From positions 434,001 to 498,000 of the forward strand of contig JBLDXI010000025.1 of the NCBI GenBank assembly GCA_047495785.1: 64,000 nt of DNA, given 5' to 3'. Source of the stretch: Lepidodermella squamata. Its lineage: Eukaryota > Animalia > Gastrotricha. Below are positions 48,370 to 59,167 of the stretch, piece after piece (within the stretch, counting starts at the first letter, position 1; each line of letters opens with the position of its first letter). Below the pieces are notes generated by a model that saw only the letters and a list, made by a program, of their open reading frames with translations, searched no databases and was not told the DNA's origin. The position numbers and the translations under genes were made by a program.

Positions 48370-49667
48370 TTCACTATCAGGAATTTTGCTAAAATATACG
48401 GTTTACATTTTTCATATAAGATTGTAACTGCCAATCAAGTTTAGAGGCCTAAGTAGCGGAAACTTCAGTTGGTAAACACTGAAAACGAAACCTTGAAAAG
48501 CTACTTTCATACCAGCATTCAACGATCTATCTGATGCTTATTGGGAAACCAGACACTTGGCATCATTTACTTTCACTTAGCGAGCTGCGCAGTTGCAGTT
48601 ATTTCCATATAGGAAAATGCTGTTGACACAAAAACTAAATCGATCCGGATTCACGGTTTACGCTATTTACGATCCGGACAAAAAATTTCCGGAAAACATC
48701 GCTCAAAAAAGTAAATAAAGCAGCCACTCACAACTACGCACTTGAAAATTACCGGCTGGAGGCAATTAGACACGGCTCTCACCTTGCAAGACTAAAAATG
48801 TAAATTTAGACTTTGGATAGTCAAAAAGCCAATTCTTCAAAAGTTGATCCAAAATAATCGCCAAGAATGACCTCAAATACAATAAATGTTGATCAATTTT
48901 TCCAAATATATCAATTTCCGAAAAATCCTCCGCACATTTCCACCAAGCTCCATCGACCCGCCAAGCTCACCCAGTGCGACTGGGACCTCTCAGGACACCT
49001 ACGTCGACGAACTCGCTCTCGCCATCAATTTTCCGGTTTTTGTGGAGGCTGAGGCACACGAGTTAGTCTCGAGACAGTTGATGATTTTTTCTAAAAAGTG
49101 GAAACCCCTGAATCCTCACAATTTTTGCTGAATAATCTGCAATTTCAAGCCGGGTCGGGTGGTAACTTGGATTTCATTTATAAATTGGGAGTGATTGCAA
49201 CTTTGATTTCATTTCATCCGAAATCAAGTTGCAATTACTCATACAATTTGGAAAACGGGATAGTTGGGACTCCACTGGCCCAACTCTGGGTGGAGACGGC
49301 AGGTGGCTAAGAGGCACACATACTGAAATAGACACATGCTGCTGCTCCGTCTGTGTCATTCCGGCACGTGTGAACTGTAGGGGCACAGTTGACCTGCGTG
49401 CATCCTGAACCCCAATAGGTTGGAGGGAGGGAGCACAGCGCGTATGCGCATCCAAGAATGGAAACTGTAGTCAGCACTTTCTCGACTGATGTACATACTT
49501 CAGCATAGTCACGTAATGATGTACGCAGCTGATTGCTTAGTTGAACCGCTGATGTTTGCCAAGTTTCTGCATGGCTGAATGTAAACTTTAATTAGCGGCG
49601 AGAGAAGGAGGCAGACAAAGGAGAAAGCGATTTCAAACCCACCAACATCAACAGCTTGCCAACATCA

Positions 49668-50786
49668 ATGCTTGTAGTATTGCTAGTCTTCTCATTCAGC
49701 CTGCTGAGGGACGCGAAAAGTGACGCGCGGCTTCGGGAGCCTCTAACTGTTGAAATGATAGAGAGATGCCCCGCATTGCGATCCCAGCGCTATTCGCCGG
49801 CATGCGAGGCCTACAATGGGCGAAATTGCACACAAACTCGTCTTTTGCTGGCCCTGTACATGGATAACCTTCACGGCGTCGATGACGTGTCTGAGAGTTT
49901 CGAAATAGCTGCTCGCCTTGACATTATTTGGAGCGGTCCTTGTGAATACCGAAACGAAAAAAACACGACTTTCTTCACTGACCTCGACCTGATGTGGCGG
50001 CCGCTCATTGAGCACTCAAACTCGTTAGACAACGCTGCGATGAATGGATTTGGCGGTCAGTTGTATGTTTCCGCCATCAAAAATGATTCAAGCGTGATGT
50101 TCGAGTACACGCTCACCGGCGTCTTCAAATCTGTTTGCGATTTGAAGCTGGAAGCTTTCCCGTTTGACAAGCAGGAATGCAAAATCGACATTGTGATCTT
50201 GCAGCTTGGATACGGCGTTGTTATTTCAACCGTAATAAATACACAATCAGAAGAAGACAACCAGGCTGAATGGCTCCTCTACCACGTTAATGCATCAAAG
50301 CAAACATACAATGGAGATCCCTCGAGGAATAACTTTGCAACGTGGCATTTCTCATTGAAAAGAGACCCGAATTTCTACATCAACACGTTGATGGTTCCTT
50401 GTGCTTTGCTAGCTCTCTCCGTGATTGCGGCTTTCATATTAGATCCAGCTATGCCAGATCGTTCGATCTTCGTCGTTACTGTGCTATTGGCCCTGATTTT
50501 TCTCGAGGGCCAGGTGCTGACCCACGTCCCAGTCAAACCAGTTCGCTTTTTCCTGCTGAATTTCACTGATCTCGTGACTGGTTTGTCCTACATGTGCACC
50601 CTCTATGATATGATTATTTGCTGCTTAGCTCGATCATATAATGATTGGTTCAATCAAAAGAGGAAAGTCGTCTGCATCTGGCTGAGCAAATGTCGAATTA
50701 TTGACGTATTCGTTGCTCTCCTGTCGTTCGCTATCTACTTGGCCATTGTTATCTATGCTGTAACCTTTGCTAGCCAGTCAAACTAA
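49668..50786 (+). CDS. Intronless Cys-loop channel subunit, type B
   Basis: ATG at 49668; LHGVDD, Cys-loop, FILDPAMPDRS. Confidence 0.93.
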   Translation: MLVVLLVFSFSLLRDAKSDARLREPLTVEMIERCPALRSQRYSPACEAYNGRNCTQTRLLLALYMDNLHGVDDVSESFEIAARLDIIWSGPCEYRNEKNTTFFTDLDLMWRPLIEHSNSLDNAAMNGFGGQLYVSAIKNDSSVMFEYTLTGVFKSVCDLKLEAFPFDKQECKIDIVILQLGYGVVISTVINTQSEEDNQAEWLLYHVNASKQTYNGDPSRNNFATWHFSLKRDPNFYINTLMVPCALLALSVIAAFILDPAMPDRSIFVVTVLLALIFLEGQVLTHVPVKPVRFFLLNFTDLVTGLSYMCTLYDMIICCLARSYNDWFNQKRKVVCIWLSKCRIIDVFVALLSFAIYLAIVIYAVTFASQSN

Positions 50787-50967
50787 TCCTCGCTTTCGGC
50801 TTATACTGATCTATTTTTTAAATAATTAGGATGAATATGAATATCTGATCTGAATTTGTATCTGCGATTGATTTGATATCTAATTTCCTCAGCCGCATAA
50901 TCAAATAACGGTTTTGAATGGATAATTAAACGGAATTGAGAAAAAAGTATTTGCCAAAGAGTAAGAA

Positions 50968-51240
50968 TACAGTGCTCCCTCGATATAAGCAACCCCGATA
51001 AGAGCAATCCCTCGTTATTAGCAACATTTTTTTAGATCCCGCTGATTTTATTTGTTGAAAAATTATGTTTCGACAATTGAACATTTTTACATGATAAGTT
51101 TTTATTTACTTGAAAACTGTGTTTATCTTAGCAATACAAATGTAATGCTGTTAGCGGCGAAAAAGACCTGGCGACGCACATATGATTCATCCCTAGCACT
51201 TTAACAGCCCTCAATAAGAGCAACCCTCGATAAGAGCTAT
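50968..51240. mobile_element. Tigger/pogo-like MITE fragment (one end only)
   Basis: TA-CAGTGCTCCCTCGATATAAGCAAC terminus with repeated CCTCGATAAGAGCAA units; matching right terminus not found. Confidence 0.5.
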
Positions 51241-51294
51241 TGCGTGGACTTTGAATCGAATTGGAGCCTTAACTGTATAATGCCGTTGCATTTG

Positions 51295-51401
51295 TGGACC
51301 GTCAGATTCTGACCTCAAAGATCTCGGATCGTCTGCAGCCGAAGAAACTTTCTTCGGCTGCAGACGATCCGAGATCTTTGAGGTCAGAATCTGACGGTCC
51401 A
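51295..51401. repeat. Perfect 107-bp palindrome (53-bp arms, 1-nt spacer)
   Basis: TGGACCGTCAG...GCCGAAGAAA-C-TTTCTTCGGC...CTGACGGTCCA, centre at 51348. Confidence 0.95.
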
Positions 51402-52084
51402 TAGAGGATAAAGCGATCTGTTCAACGTTCAACTATCTGCTGAATTTCAATCGTAACAATGCAGAGTACGCCTAATTTGCGAATTCACTATTATTGTTTT
51501 TGCACTCAACTCCGCAGACAATTGGCATTCGCCTGCGATAACATCCAGATGATCTGATTGGACTCCCAAAACAAAAGATGCAAACTTCTACCTATGATAC
51601 CCCCATGTATGAACACCATCATGTGCGGATCGTTGCCGTCAGCTTTATTCAGTTTGAAAACACGACGCGACTCAAGACTCAAGAGATGTTAAGGTACACG
51701 CGACTATAACCCGAGTCGATCATAAAGCACGAAAATCATTGTAATATCTGCCGTTGAATGAAATCGTTCGGCCACGCTCGCTTATTTTCCCGCGCTGAAT
51801 TAAAAAATTCTTAAATTGATCCAATGCATTATTTATTTATTATTAATGTATTATAAAGGATAATATAATAATAAATATTACTTATAGGTATATACTGCAT
51901 AATCGAATCGACTGAATTGCCCGGAAAGACGAAAAGATGTATAAATGCGGGTTCAGTTTTTCAATTTTTTAATTGTCCCGCTTGCCTTGCTAAGCAGGCT
52001 GCATTGAGTAACGTTCCGATATAGAAAGCGAGAGAGATCAGTCCTACGATAATACGATACGATGCTCAGTAGGCTAATTTTACT

Positions 52085-53227
52085 TCAAGTTTTGGCTGAT
52101 ATATTTTCTCGGCGAGCAAATCCAACAGCATAGAAAAATATACCGATGTAAAAAGCGAGGGAGATCAGGCCCACGATCACGTCGATTATTCGCCCGTTGC
52201 AAATGCGAATGCAGCAGACATGCCTCTTGTGAGAAAACCACTTATCGTAAGACCGGGACACATAACATATGGCCATATCGTACAACGTACAAAGGTAAGC
52301 TAACAAGGTCATGAGATCGGTGAAGTTCAAGAGGAAAATACGAATCGGTTTAACAGGGACGTGGGTCAAGACTTGGCCCTCAAGAAAAATCAGAGCTAGC
52401 AGCACTGTTACAGCGAAAATCGACCGATCAGCCTCGTTGGGATCTAAGAAGAACGCTATGATTACTGAGAATGCTAGCAAGGCACAAGGAATCATCAGCG
52501 TGTTGATGTAATACTCGGGATTTCTTACTAGGGTTACGTAGATATCCGCGATGCTGTTACGCTTAAGCTTGTATTCTCCCACTGAAGCATAACCATTATT
52601 CAATAAAGCCCATTCACCGCTGACATCCTCCTCCGATATGGCGACAATCAATGTGGCATTTTTTATCCTCACGCCATCTTCCTTTTGCTGAATTAAGAAT
52701 TTCAATCGGCATTCTTGCGTGTCAAACGGAAATGCTTCGAGCTTCAGGTCGCACACCGACTTGAAAACACCCGTAAAAAAGTACTCAAAGTTTACTATCG
52801 ACGAATTTTCGGACGTCATCACGAACAGCTGAACACCGAAATCAGTCATAGCGGCGTTCTCGAAGGAGTTGGAGTGTTTAATCAGAGGCCGCCAAAACAA
52901 GCCGACGTTAGAGAAGAATGTTACACTTCGATTCGTGAAAGCTTCGCATGGAGCTGTCCAAGACACTTTCAACTGGCCGGCGACTTCGAAACTTTCTGAA
53001 ACATCGTCGACATCGTGAAAAGCCTGAATGGTCAACTGCATTCCAACTAGAGTAGCATTGCAATCAACATTGCCATAAGACTCGCGATCAGGCGAAAAGC
53101 GTTGCGCTCGAATCTCCGGGCATTTCGTTATCATTTCGACAGTGAGCGGTTCTTGAAGCTCAGCGTCATCAATTTCAGCCAACAGCGGGCTGAATTTAAG
53201 TGTAAGAAGTAGAATAATCGGAAACAT
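52085..53227 (-). CDS. Intronless Cys-loop channel subunit, type A
   Basis: FHDVDD, CDLKLEAFPFDTQEC, FFLDPNEADRS; second N-terminal Cys replaced by Arg. Confidence 0.93.
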   Translation of the reverse strand: MFPIILLLTLKFSPLLAEIDDAELQEPLTVEMITKCPEIRAQRFSPDRESYGNVDCNATLVGMQLTIQAFHDVDDVSESFEVAGQLKVSWTAPCEAFTNRSVTFFSNVGLFWRPLIKHSNSFENAAMTDFGVQLFVMTSENSSIVNFEYFFTGVFKSVCDLKLEAFPFDTQECRLKFLIQQKEDGVRIKNATLIVAISEEDVSGEWALLNNGYASVGEYKLKRNSIADIYVTLVRNPEYYINTLMIPCALLAFSVIIAFFLDPNEADRSIFAVTVLLALIFLEGQVLTHVPVKPIRIFLLNFTDLMTLLAYLCTLYDMAICYVSRSYDKWFSHKRHVCCIRICNGRIIDVIVGLISLAFYIGIFFYAVGFARRENISAKT

Positions 53228-53621
53228 CCGATCGAATGAATTCTTTCTGGAATATACAATGCAACTGCGCCTACTTGAATGTGAATAAAATCAGTTGGCA
53301 ACTGAATATAAACACAATTCTAGAGATACTTGTGGATAGAATTCAATCTCATATTGTCGTAACAAAATATTTACTTTCACTTAGCAAGAGCTGTTAGTAT
53401 CATTTGCCTGTTTGCTTCTCCGATTTTGTAATTAAAATCGGAAACACTGTACATTGGCCGAGCCGAGGTTCTTATTGCCTTACGGTAACCGAATTCGGAA
53501 AATGCAATCTAAAAGATCCTGCATACCTACGAAAATTCATAATTATTATCCGATCAAAAAAATCTACATATTCTGTTTGGGTATAATCACCGATTAATGG
53601 CTTTATTTTCATTTTGACACA

Positions 53622-53872
53622 TCGTTAGCAACGTTGAATAACTCGGATTTAGGCTTGTTTACATCCTTTTCAAGATCACGGGTGACAAGTAAAAAGCGAC
53701 CTTTTTACACGAATGAAGAAGCAAAAACAAAGGAGATTTTACTTGTCACCTATCACCTTGGAATGGAAGTAACCTAACATAATAAACATGACATCTTCTT
53801 TATCGTTTAGAAGTTTCGTTTAGAAATGGAAGTAAACAAGCCTAAATCCGAGTTATTCAGCGTCGCTAACGA
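53622..53872. mobile_element. MITE-like element with about 45-bp terminal inverted repeats
   Basis: TCGTTAGCAACGTTGAATAACTCGGATTTAGGCTTGTTTAC is mirrored at the right end with few mismatches; TSD unclear. Confidence 0.68.
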
Positions 53873-53974
53873 CATTACTGGGGCAATGAATCTAACCAGC
53901 GAAAACCTTCAACAAAAACGATTTCATAAAAAGGGAACTCGCGAGCGAAGCAAGCTTTAGCTGACGGGTTTTTT

Positions 53975-54843
53975 CGGGGTGGTGATCGTAAGCTCCTTAA
54001 CCTTAACCCCACCTTAATTCCTCAAGTGCTAAGGTTGGTGATCGAAAGTTAAGGTCGCCCTTATCTTTAACTGTTTTTGCGAAATAAGGTCAACTTAAGT
54101 CGAGGTGTGATCAAATGCTTAGGTTAAGGGAATAAGTAAACATTTTGTACTTTTTAACAATAAGTAAGTGATCGAAAGAAAAAGACGCCTTAAAATGGAC
54201 TTAAGAAAATAAGTTAAGGGTTGTCACACCCCCAACTGGTTGTCGATATTTCACGAGGAAAAACCGGGTTTACCGGGCGTCGACGACTCTGTCGTGCCAC
54301 TGCGGACCTATGCCAAGGCATTGGTGTCGAGTTTTCCTGTAAATTGCGTAAAAATAATTATCGACAATGAAGAAAAGATAAGTTGGGTGATCGTATCACG
54401 ATTTTTCTTATCTTAGTGAAAGTTTTAGCGGCTACGGACAGGTGAGCAATCTTGAATTCGTAGAGCATCGCGGAGAAAATATGGGTTCCGCAATACTAGA
54501 AATATAATAGGATCGATTACAAAGCTTCTAATCTTGACCAATGAAAATATAGGACTGATAATTGGGACACAAATTTGTCTCTAGAAATGAGGCCATCTTT
54601 TGGCATTGTTGCGCAATCACTTAAGGTCACATTAACTTTGATCACTCAACTTACGAATCATAGTAAAACGTTAAGGTTGGTGATAGAACGGTATCGAGAT
54701 CCGGATAAGGTACGATAACATTCCTTTAAGTGGACCTTAACTAAGGTGTGTTTCGATCACACACCAATTTAAGGTCAACTTAGCAAAGTGAACTTAACTG
54801 AACAGTTACCACTTAAGTTAAGGTCCGTACGATCACCACCCCG
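53975..54843. mobile_element. Non-autonomous DNA transposon (possibly PIF/Harbinger-like)
   Basis: CGGGGTGGTGATCGTA ... TACGATCACCACCCCG termini, many internal TTAAGG and GTGATCGAAA units, TTT on both flanks. Confidence 0.7.
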
Positions 54844-55311
54844 TTTGTCGATTTTGAGTCTGAAAATTGGGGCAAAAATGCATTGTATCTTAGTGTGAAT
54901 CTATTTATTTTCTAACAAAAATCTTCACATTCCACAGAGTTGGAAACACTATTTCCAGACTTGTTGATAGGAATACAGTACAGTTTGGATTTTCGAGGGA
55001 TTTTCAATCGCAAATTCATTCTTCCGATTTTATTCCTATGAAAGAAAGCGCTCTATGAGACAGGAGGAAGAGGGAGGAGGCTCCATTAAAAACTTCGCGC
55101 CTTTATTTGCTCAGACGGTATCGCAAACAATCAAATGAAACAGCTAACCTGACTTTGACATCGAATGGTTTTCAGTTTGCTCGATTCTCACAATCCCGTC
55201 TGTCTGAATGTTCTTCCTGCGTCTAACTTAATTGGCGGAGAGAGAAGTAGCGGGACGAGAGGAGGAAAATTCAAGTGATTCAAGAAACAACCATTCAGCT
55301 GGCAAACAGGA

Positions 55312-56457
55312 ATGCTAGTTGTATTGCTTCTCGTTCATTATGTCTTCTCGTTCATTATGTTAAGTGGCGTCAGAAGTGCAGCGAGGCTGCAAGAGCCTAT
55401 AACTGTGGGAATGATAGAGAGATGTAACGCATTGCGAGCTCAGCGATACTCCCCGCAATGCGAGGCCTACAATGGGCGCAATTGTACGCCAACAACCGCT
55501 GAGATTTTCCTATACATCCAGAACCTTCACGGCGTCGATGACGTGTCTGAGAGCTTCGAAATAGCTGCACGCCTCTCCATTTTTTGGACAGTTCCTTGCG
55601 AAACTCTCAACGCGAGGAACGCGACTTTCTTCACAGAGCTCGACCTATTTTGGCGGCCGCTTTTGGAGCACTCAAACTCGTTGGACAACGCTGCGATGAA
55701 CGGATTTGGCGTTCAGTTTGTCGTTGTCACCCGCGAAAATGCGTCGTATGTAATTTTCGAGTACACTCTCACCGGAGTTTTCAAATCTGTTTGCGATTTG
55801 AAGCTGGAAGCTTTCCCGTTTGACAGGCAGGAGTGCAAAATCACCATTATAATCTTGCAGCTTGGATACGGCGTTCAACTGGGCAGAGTTTCGAACTATA
55901 GTTCGCAATTTGAAGCAGACAATCAGAGTGAATGGACCCTCTACAACTTTAGACCATCAAAAACAACGCATGATGGGGATCCATCAAGAAATAACATTGC
56001 GACGTGGTATTTCTCATTGAGGAGAAATCCTAATTATTACATCAACACTTTGATGATTCCTTGTGCTTTGCTAACCCTCTCCGTGATTGCGGCTTTTATT
56101 TTAGATCCAGCTATGCCAGACCGTTCGATCTTTGCTGTTACTGTGCTATTGGCCCTGCTTTTTCTCGAAGGCCAAGTGCTGACCCATGTTCCAGTCAAAC
56201 CGGTTCGTATTTTCTTGCTGAATTTCACTGATCTCATGACTGGCTTGTCCTACGTGTGCACCCTCTATGACATGGTTATTTGCTGCCTTGCTCGATCTTA
56301 TCGTGAATGGTTCCTTGAAACGGCGAAAATTGGCTCTATCATCCTAAGCAAGGGTCGGATTATTGACTTTTCTGTGTCTCTTATGTCATTCACTCTTTTC
56401 TTTGTCGTGGTTATCGATGCTATTGTTTTCGCCAGTCAATCTAATCAATCTAACTAG
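55312..56457 (+). CDS. Intronless Cys-loop channel subunit, type B
   Basis: LHGVDD, CDLKLEAFPFDRQEC, FILDPAMPDRS. Confidence 0.93.
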   Translation: MLVVLLLVHYVFSFIMLSGVRSAARLQEPITVGMIERCNALRAQRYSPQCEAYNGRNCTPTTAEIFLYIQNLHGVDDVSESFEIAARLSIFWTVPCETLNARNATFFTELDLFWRPLLEHSNSLDNAAMNGFGVQFVVVTRENASYVIFEYTLTGVFKSVCDLKLEAFPFDRQECKITIIILQLGYGVQLGRVSNYSSQFEADNQSEWTLYNFRPSKTTHDGDPSRNNIATWYFSLRRNPNYYINTLMIPCALLTLSVIAAFILDPAMPDRSIFAVTVLLALLFLEGQVLTHVPVKPVRIFLLNFTDLMTGLSYVCTLYDMVICCLARSYREWFLETAKIGSIILSKGRIIDFSVSLMSFTLFFVVVIDAIVFASQSNQSN

Positions 56458-57171
56458 TGTTCTTTTTCGGGCTCTTGCGACCCACCCTTGCTCTCATTTT
56501 CAACCAATCAGGAAGAGAGTCATCTCTCGAATACACATCTCGTCTGTTTGTAAAGTCCGATTGCTTTGAGGAATGAAAATTTGTCTGACCACCAATCCGT
56601 GCCGAAAAGCGAAAAGCATAAATAAAGATACTTATCGTGACCAAATGACCGAATGAAAGTTTTATTAACGTCCTCCATAGTTGTATAATGATCGAAAAAG
56701 ATTCAACGACATTTATTTCTTTGCGGGTTTAGGGGACGGCGACGGGCGATCAGCTTGAGTCCGACGGCTCGGTCGCGAACAGCCAGCTTTTTCTATAACA
56801 CCACAGACAAGTCTGATGTCGATGTTAGGAATATAATCTGACCAGTAAAAACCTAAAATTGAACGAAGCCGTCGCATAACAATTACATCGTGTTGTGGAG
56901 AATTTATTATCCAATTTCTCCATAATTTTGCGGGTTCGAGTGAGAATTCAATGATTATTCAAATAATAGAAATCAAATCGTGGCATCGTCAACATGATGA
57001 TCTTCATATTACACTTTTTACAATCCATCTAATTATTTTTCAGCTTTTCTAATTATTTTATTGTTTATTGTGAAAAAATCAAAGTGAACTGTGGGGAAAT
57101 ACAAAAAGTTCAGCAGAAAATAACCATGTCAAGGGTAATAGATATGTAGCAGGAAATTTGCTACTGTTATT

Positions 57172-58314
57172 TCAAGTTCTGCCGGATTTATCCGCTTGGT
57201 GCGCAAAGCCAACAGCATAGAAAATGACACCGACATAAAAGGCGAGGGAGATCAGGCCTAAAAGCGAGTCGATAATTCGTCCATTGCAGATACGAATGCA
57301 ACAGATATGTCTCTTGTGAGAAAACCACTTATCGTAAGACCGGGACACATAACATATGGCCATATCGTACAACGTACAAAGGTAAGCTAACAAGGTCATG
57401 AGATCGGTGAAGTTCAAGAGGAAAATACGAATCGGTTTAACAGGGACGTGGGTCAAGACTTGGCCCTCAAGAAAAATCAGAGCTAGCAGCACTGTCACAG
57501 CAAAAATCGACCGATCAGCCTCGTTGGGATCTAAGAAGAACGCTACAATTACGGAGAATGCTAGCAAAGCACATGGAACCATCAGGGTATTGATGTAGTA
57601 ATCCGGACTCCTTGCTAGGTTGAAGTGGAACGTCGCGATACTGTTTTTCACCTTCTCCTTGTCGTTCTCCGCGGAAGCATCACTTTTGACCATTTTCCAT
57701 TCGCCACCGGCTTCTTCCTCTGATATTGCGACTGCCAAGGTAGCATTCTCTATTCGAACTCCTATTCCATTTTGCAAAATAACAAATTTCATTCGACAGT
57801 CCTGCGAGTCGAACGGAAATGCTTCCAGCGTTAGGTCGCACACCGACTTGAAGACGCCGGTGAAAAGGTACTCGAAGAAAACTTGCGAAGAATTTTCTGC
57901 CGTCATCACAAACAGTTGAACTCCGAAATCAGTCATAGCCGCGTTTTCGAAGGAGTTGGAGTGTTCAATCAGAGGACGCCAAAACATATCGAGATTTGAG
58001 AAGAACGTTGCACTTAAATTCGTAAATGCGTCACATGATGTCGTCCAAGATAGCTTCAGCTGCCCTGCGACTTCGAAACTTTCTGAAACATCGTCAATCT
58101 CGTGGAAAGCCTGAATAGTCAAATGCATTCCAACCATAGTAGCGTTGCAATTGCGATTGATGTAAGCCTCGCAATCTGGCGAGTAGCGCTGCGCCCGAAG
58201 CTCTGGGCATTTGGCTGTCATCTCGACAGTGAGCGGTTCCTGAAGCTCGGCGTCGTCAATTTCAGCCGACAGTGGGCTGGATTTAAGCGTTAAAAGCAAG
58301 AAAAACAGAAACAT
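57172..58314 (-). CDS. Intronless Cys-loop channel subunit, type A
   Basis: ATG at 58314 (MFLFFLLL) chosen by homology to paralog starts; FHEIDD, CDLTLEAFPFDSQDC, FFLDPNEADRS. Confidence 0.93.
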   Translation of the reverse strand: MFLFFLLLTLKSSPLSAEIDDAELQEPLTVEMTAKCPELRAQRYSPDCEAYINRNCNATMVGMHLTIQAFHEIDDVSESFEVAGQLKLSWTTSCDAFTNLSATFFSNLDMFWRPLIEHSNSFENAAMTDFGVQLFVMTAENSSQVFFEYLFTGVFKSVCDLTLEAFPFDSQDCRMKFVILQNGIGVRIENATLAVAISEEEAGGEWKMVKSDASAENDKEKVKNSIATFHFNLARSPDYYINTLMVPCALLAFSVIVAFFLDPNEADRSIFAVTVLLALIFLEGQVLTHVPVKPIRIFLLNFTDLMTLLAYLCTLYDMAICYVSRSYDKWFSHKRHICCIRICNGRIIDSLLGLISLAFYVGVIFYAVGFAHQADKSGRT

Positions 58315-59167
58315 TTCATCAGCAGGATTCTTCATTGAATGCGTTGTGCCAATCAAATTGGCGGACAAAAAACTGAGAAAAGTTGGTAAACTCCTTGTGA
58401 TTTATACATACCTTCGAACAGCACTCTATCTAATGATTTCGTAAGAAAACATTTACTCTTACATTGCGTGCTGAGAAAACAACTATTGCATTAGTTTTTA
58501 TCAGGTTTCCTAATTAAAATCTTATTAAAATCTTAGGAATATGGTCGAGTCGAGATCTAGAGGAACCATTTCAATCCGCAATTTTCTGACTGTTCGTGAA
58601 GTTTGAAATAAGACTTTGCGCATTTTGTGATGCGGATTCACTTGTTCAACTGATAAGGCAGGATTGATTGTGGAGGGAACTTGAGCCTAAAATTTCTTTC
58701 ATTCAATACCGATTTGGTAAAACAATCTGTCCTATTTCAAGTTCTGCTGGAATAATCTCATAAATCGTGGAATTGTACTGTCGCATTTTAACTCAGAACT
58801 ACTCAGTTGATTTTCCCAATGGATGCGCCCACCCGTGGCCGTTGCTTGTAAATTACGTTTTGATCCAAACATCTTTGCTTGCTATTTACGGTAGCTGGTA
58901 AATAACTGATAAAAGTTCAAAATTAAGCGTTTTACTTGTTAACTTACGCGTGATATCCCATTCTCATCTGAGGGGAAGCACTAGGCGGGAAGGCTGCAGG
59001 CCTTTATTTGCGCAGACAGTGTATCCAATTAAAATTGCAATCAGCAGCCAACTTGACAAAGGAAAGCTTTGATTTTCATAACCCCGTCTGTCTGAATGTC
59101 GAGCATACTCATCTGTCCAACATAATTGAGGCGATAACAGAAACAGAGATTTAGCTTGCAAGCAGCA

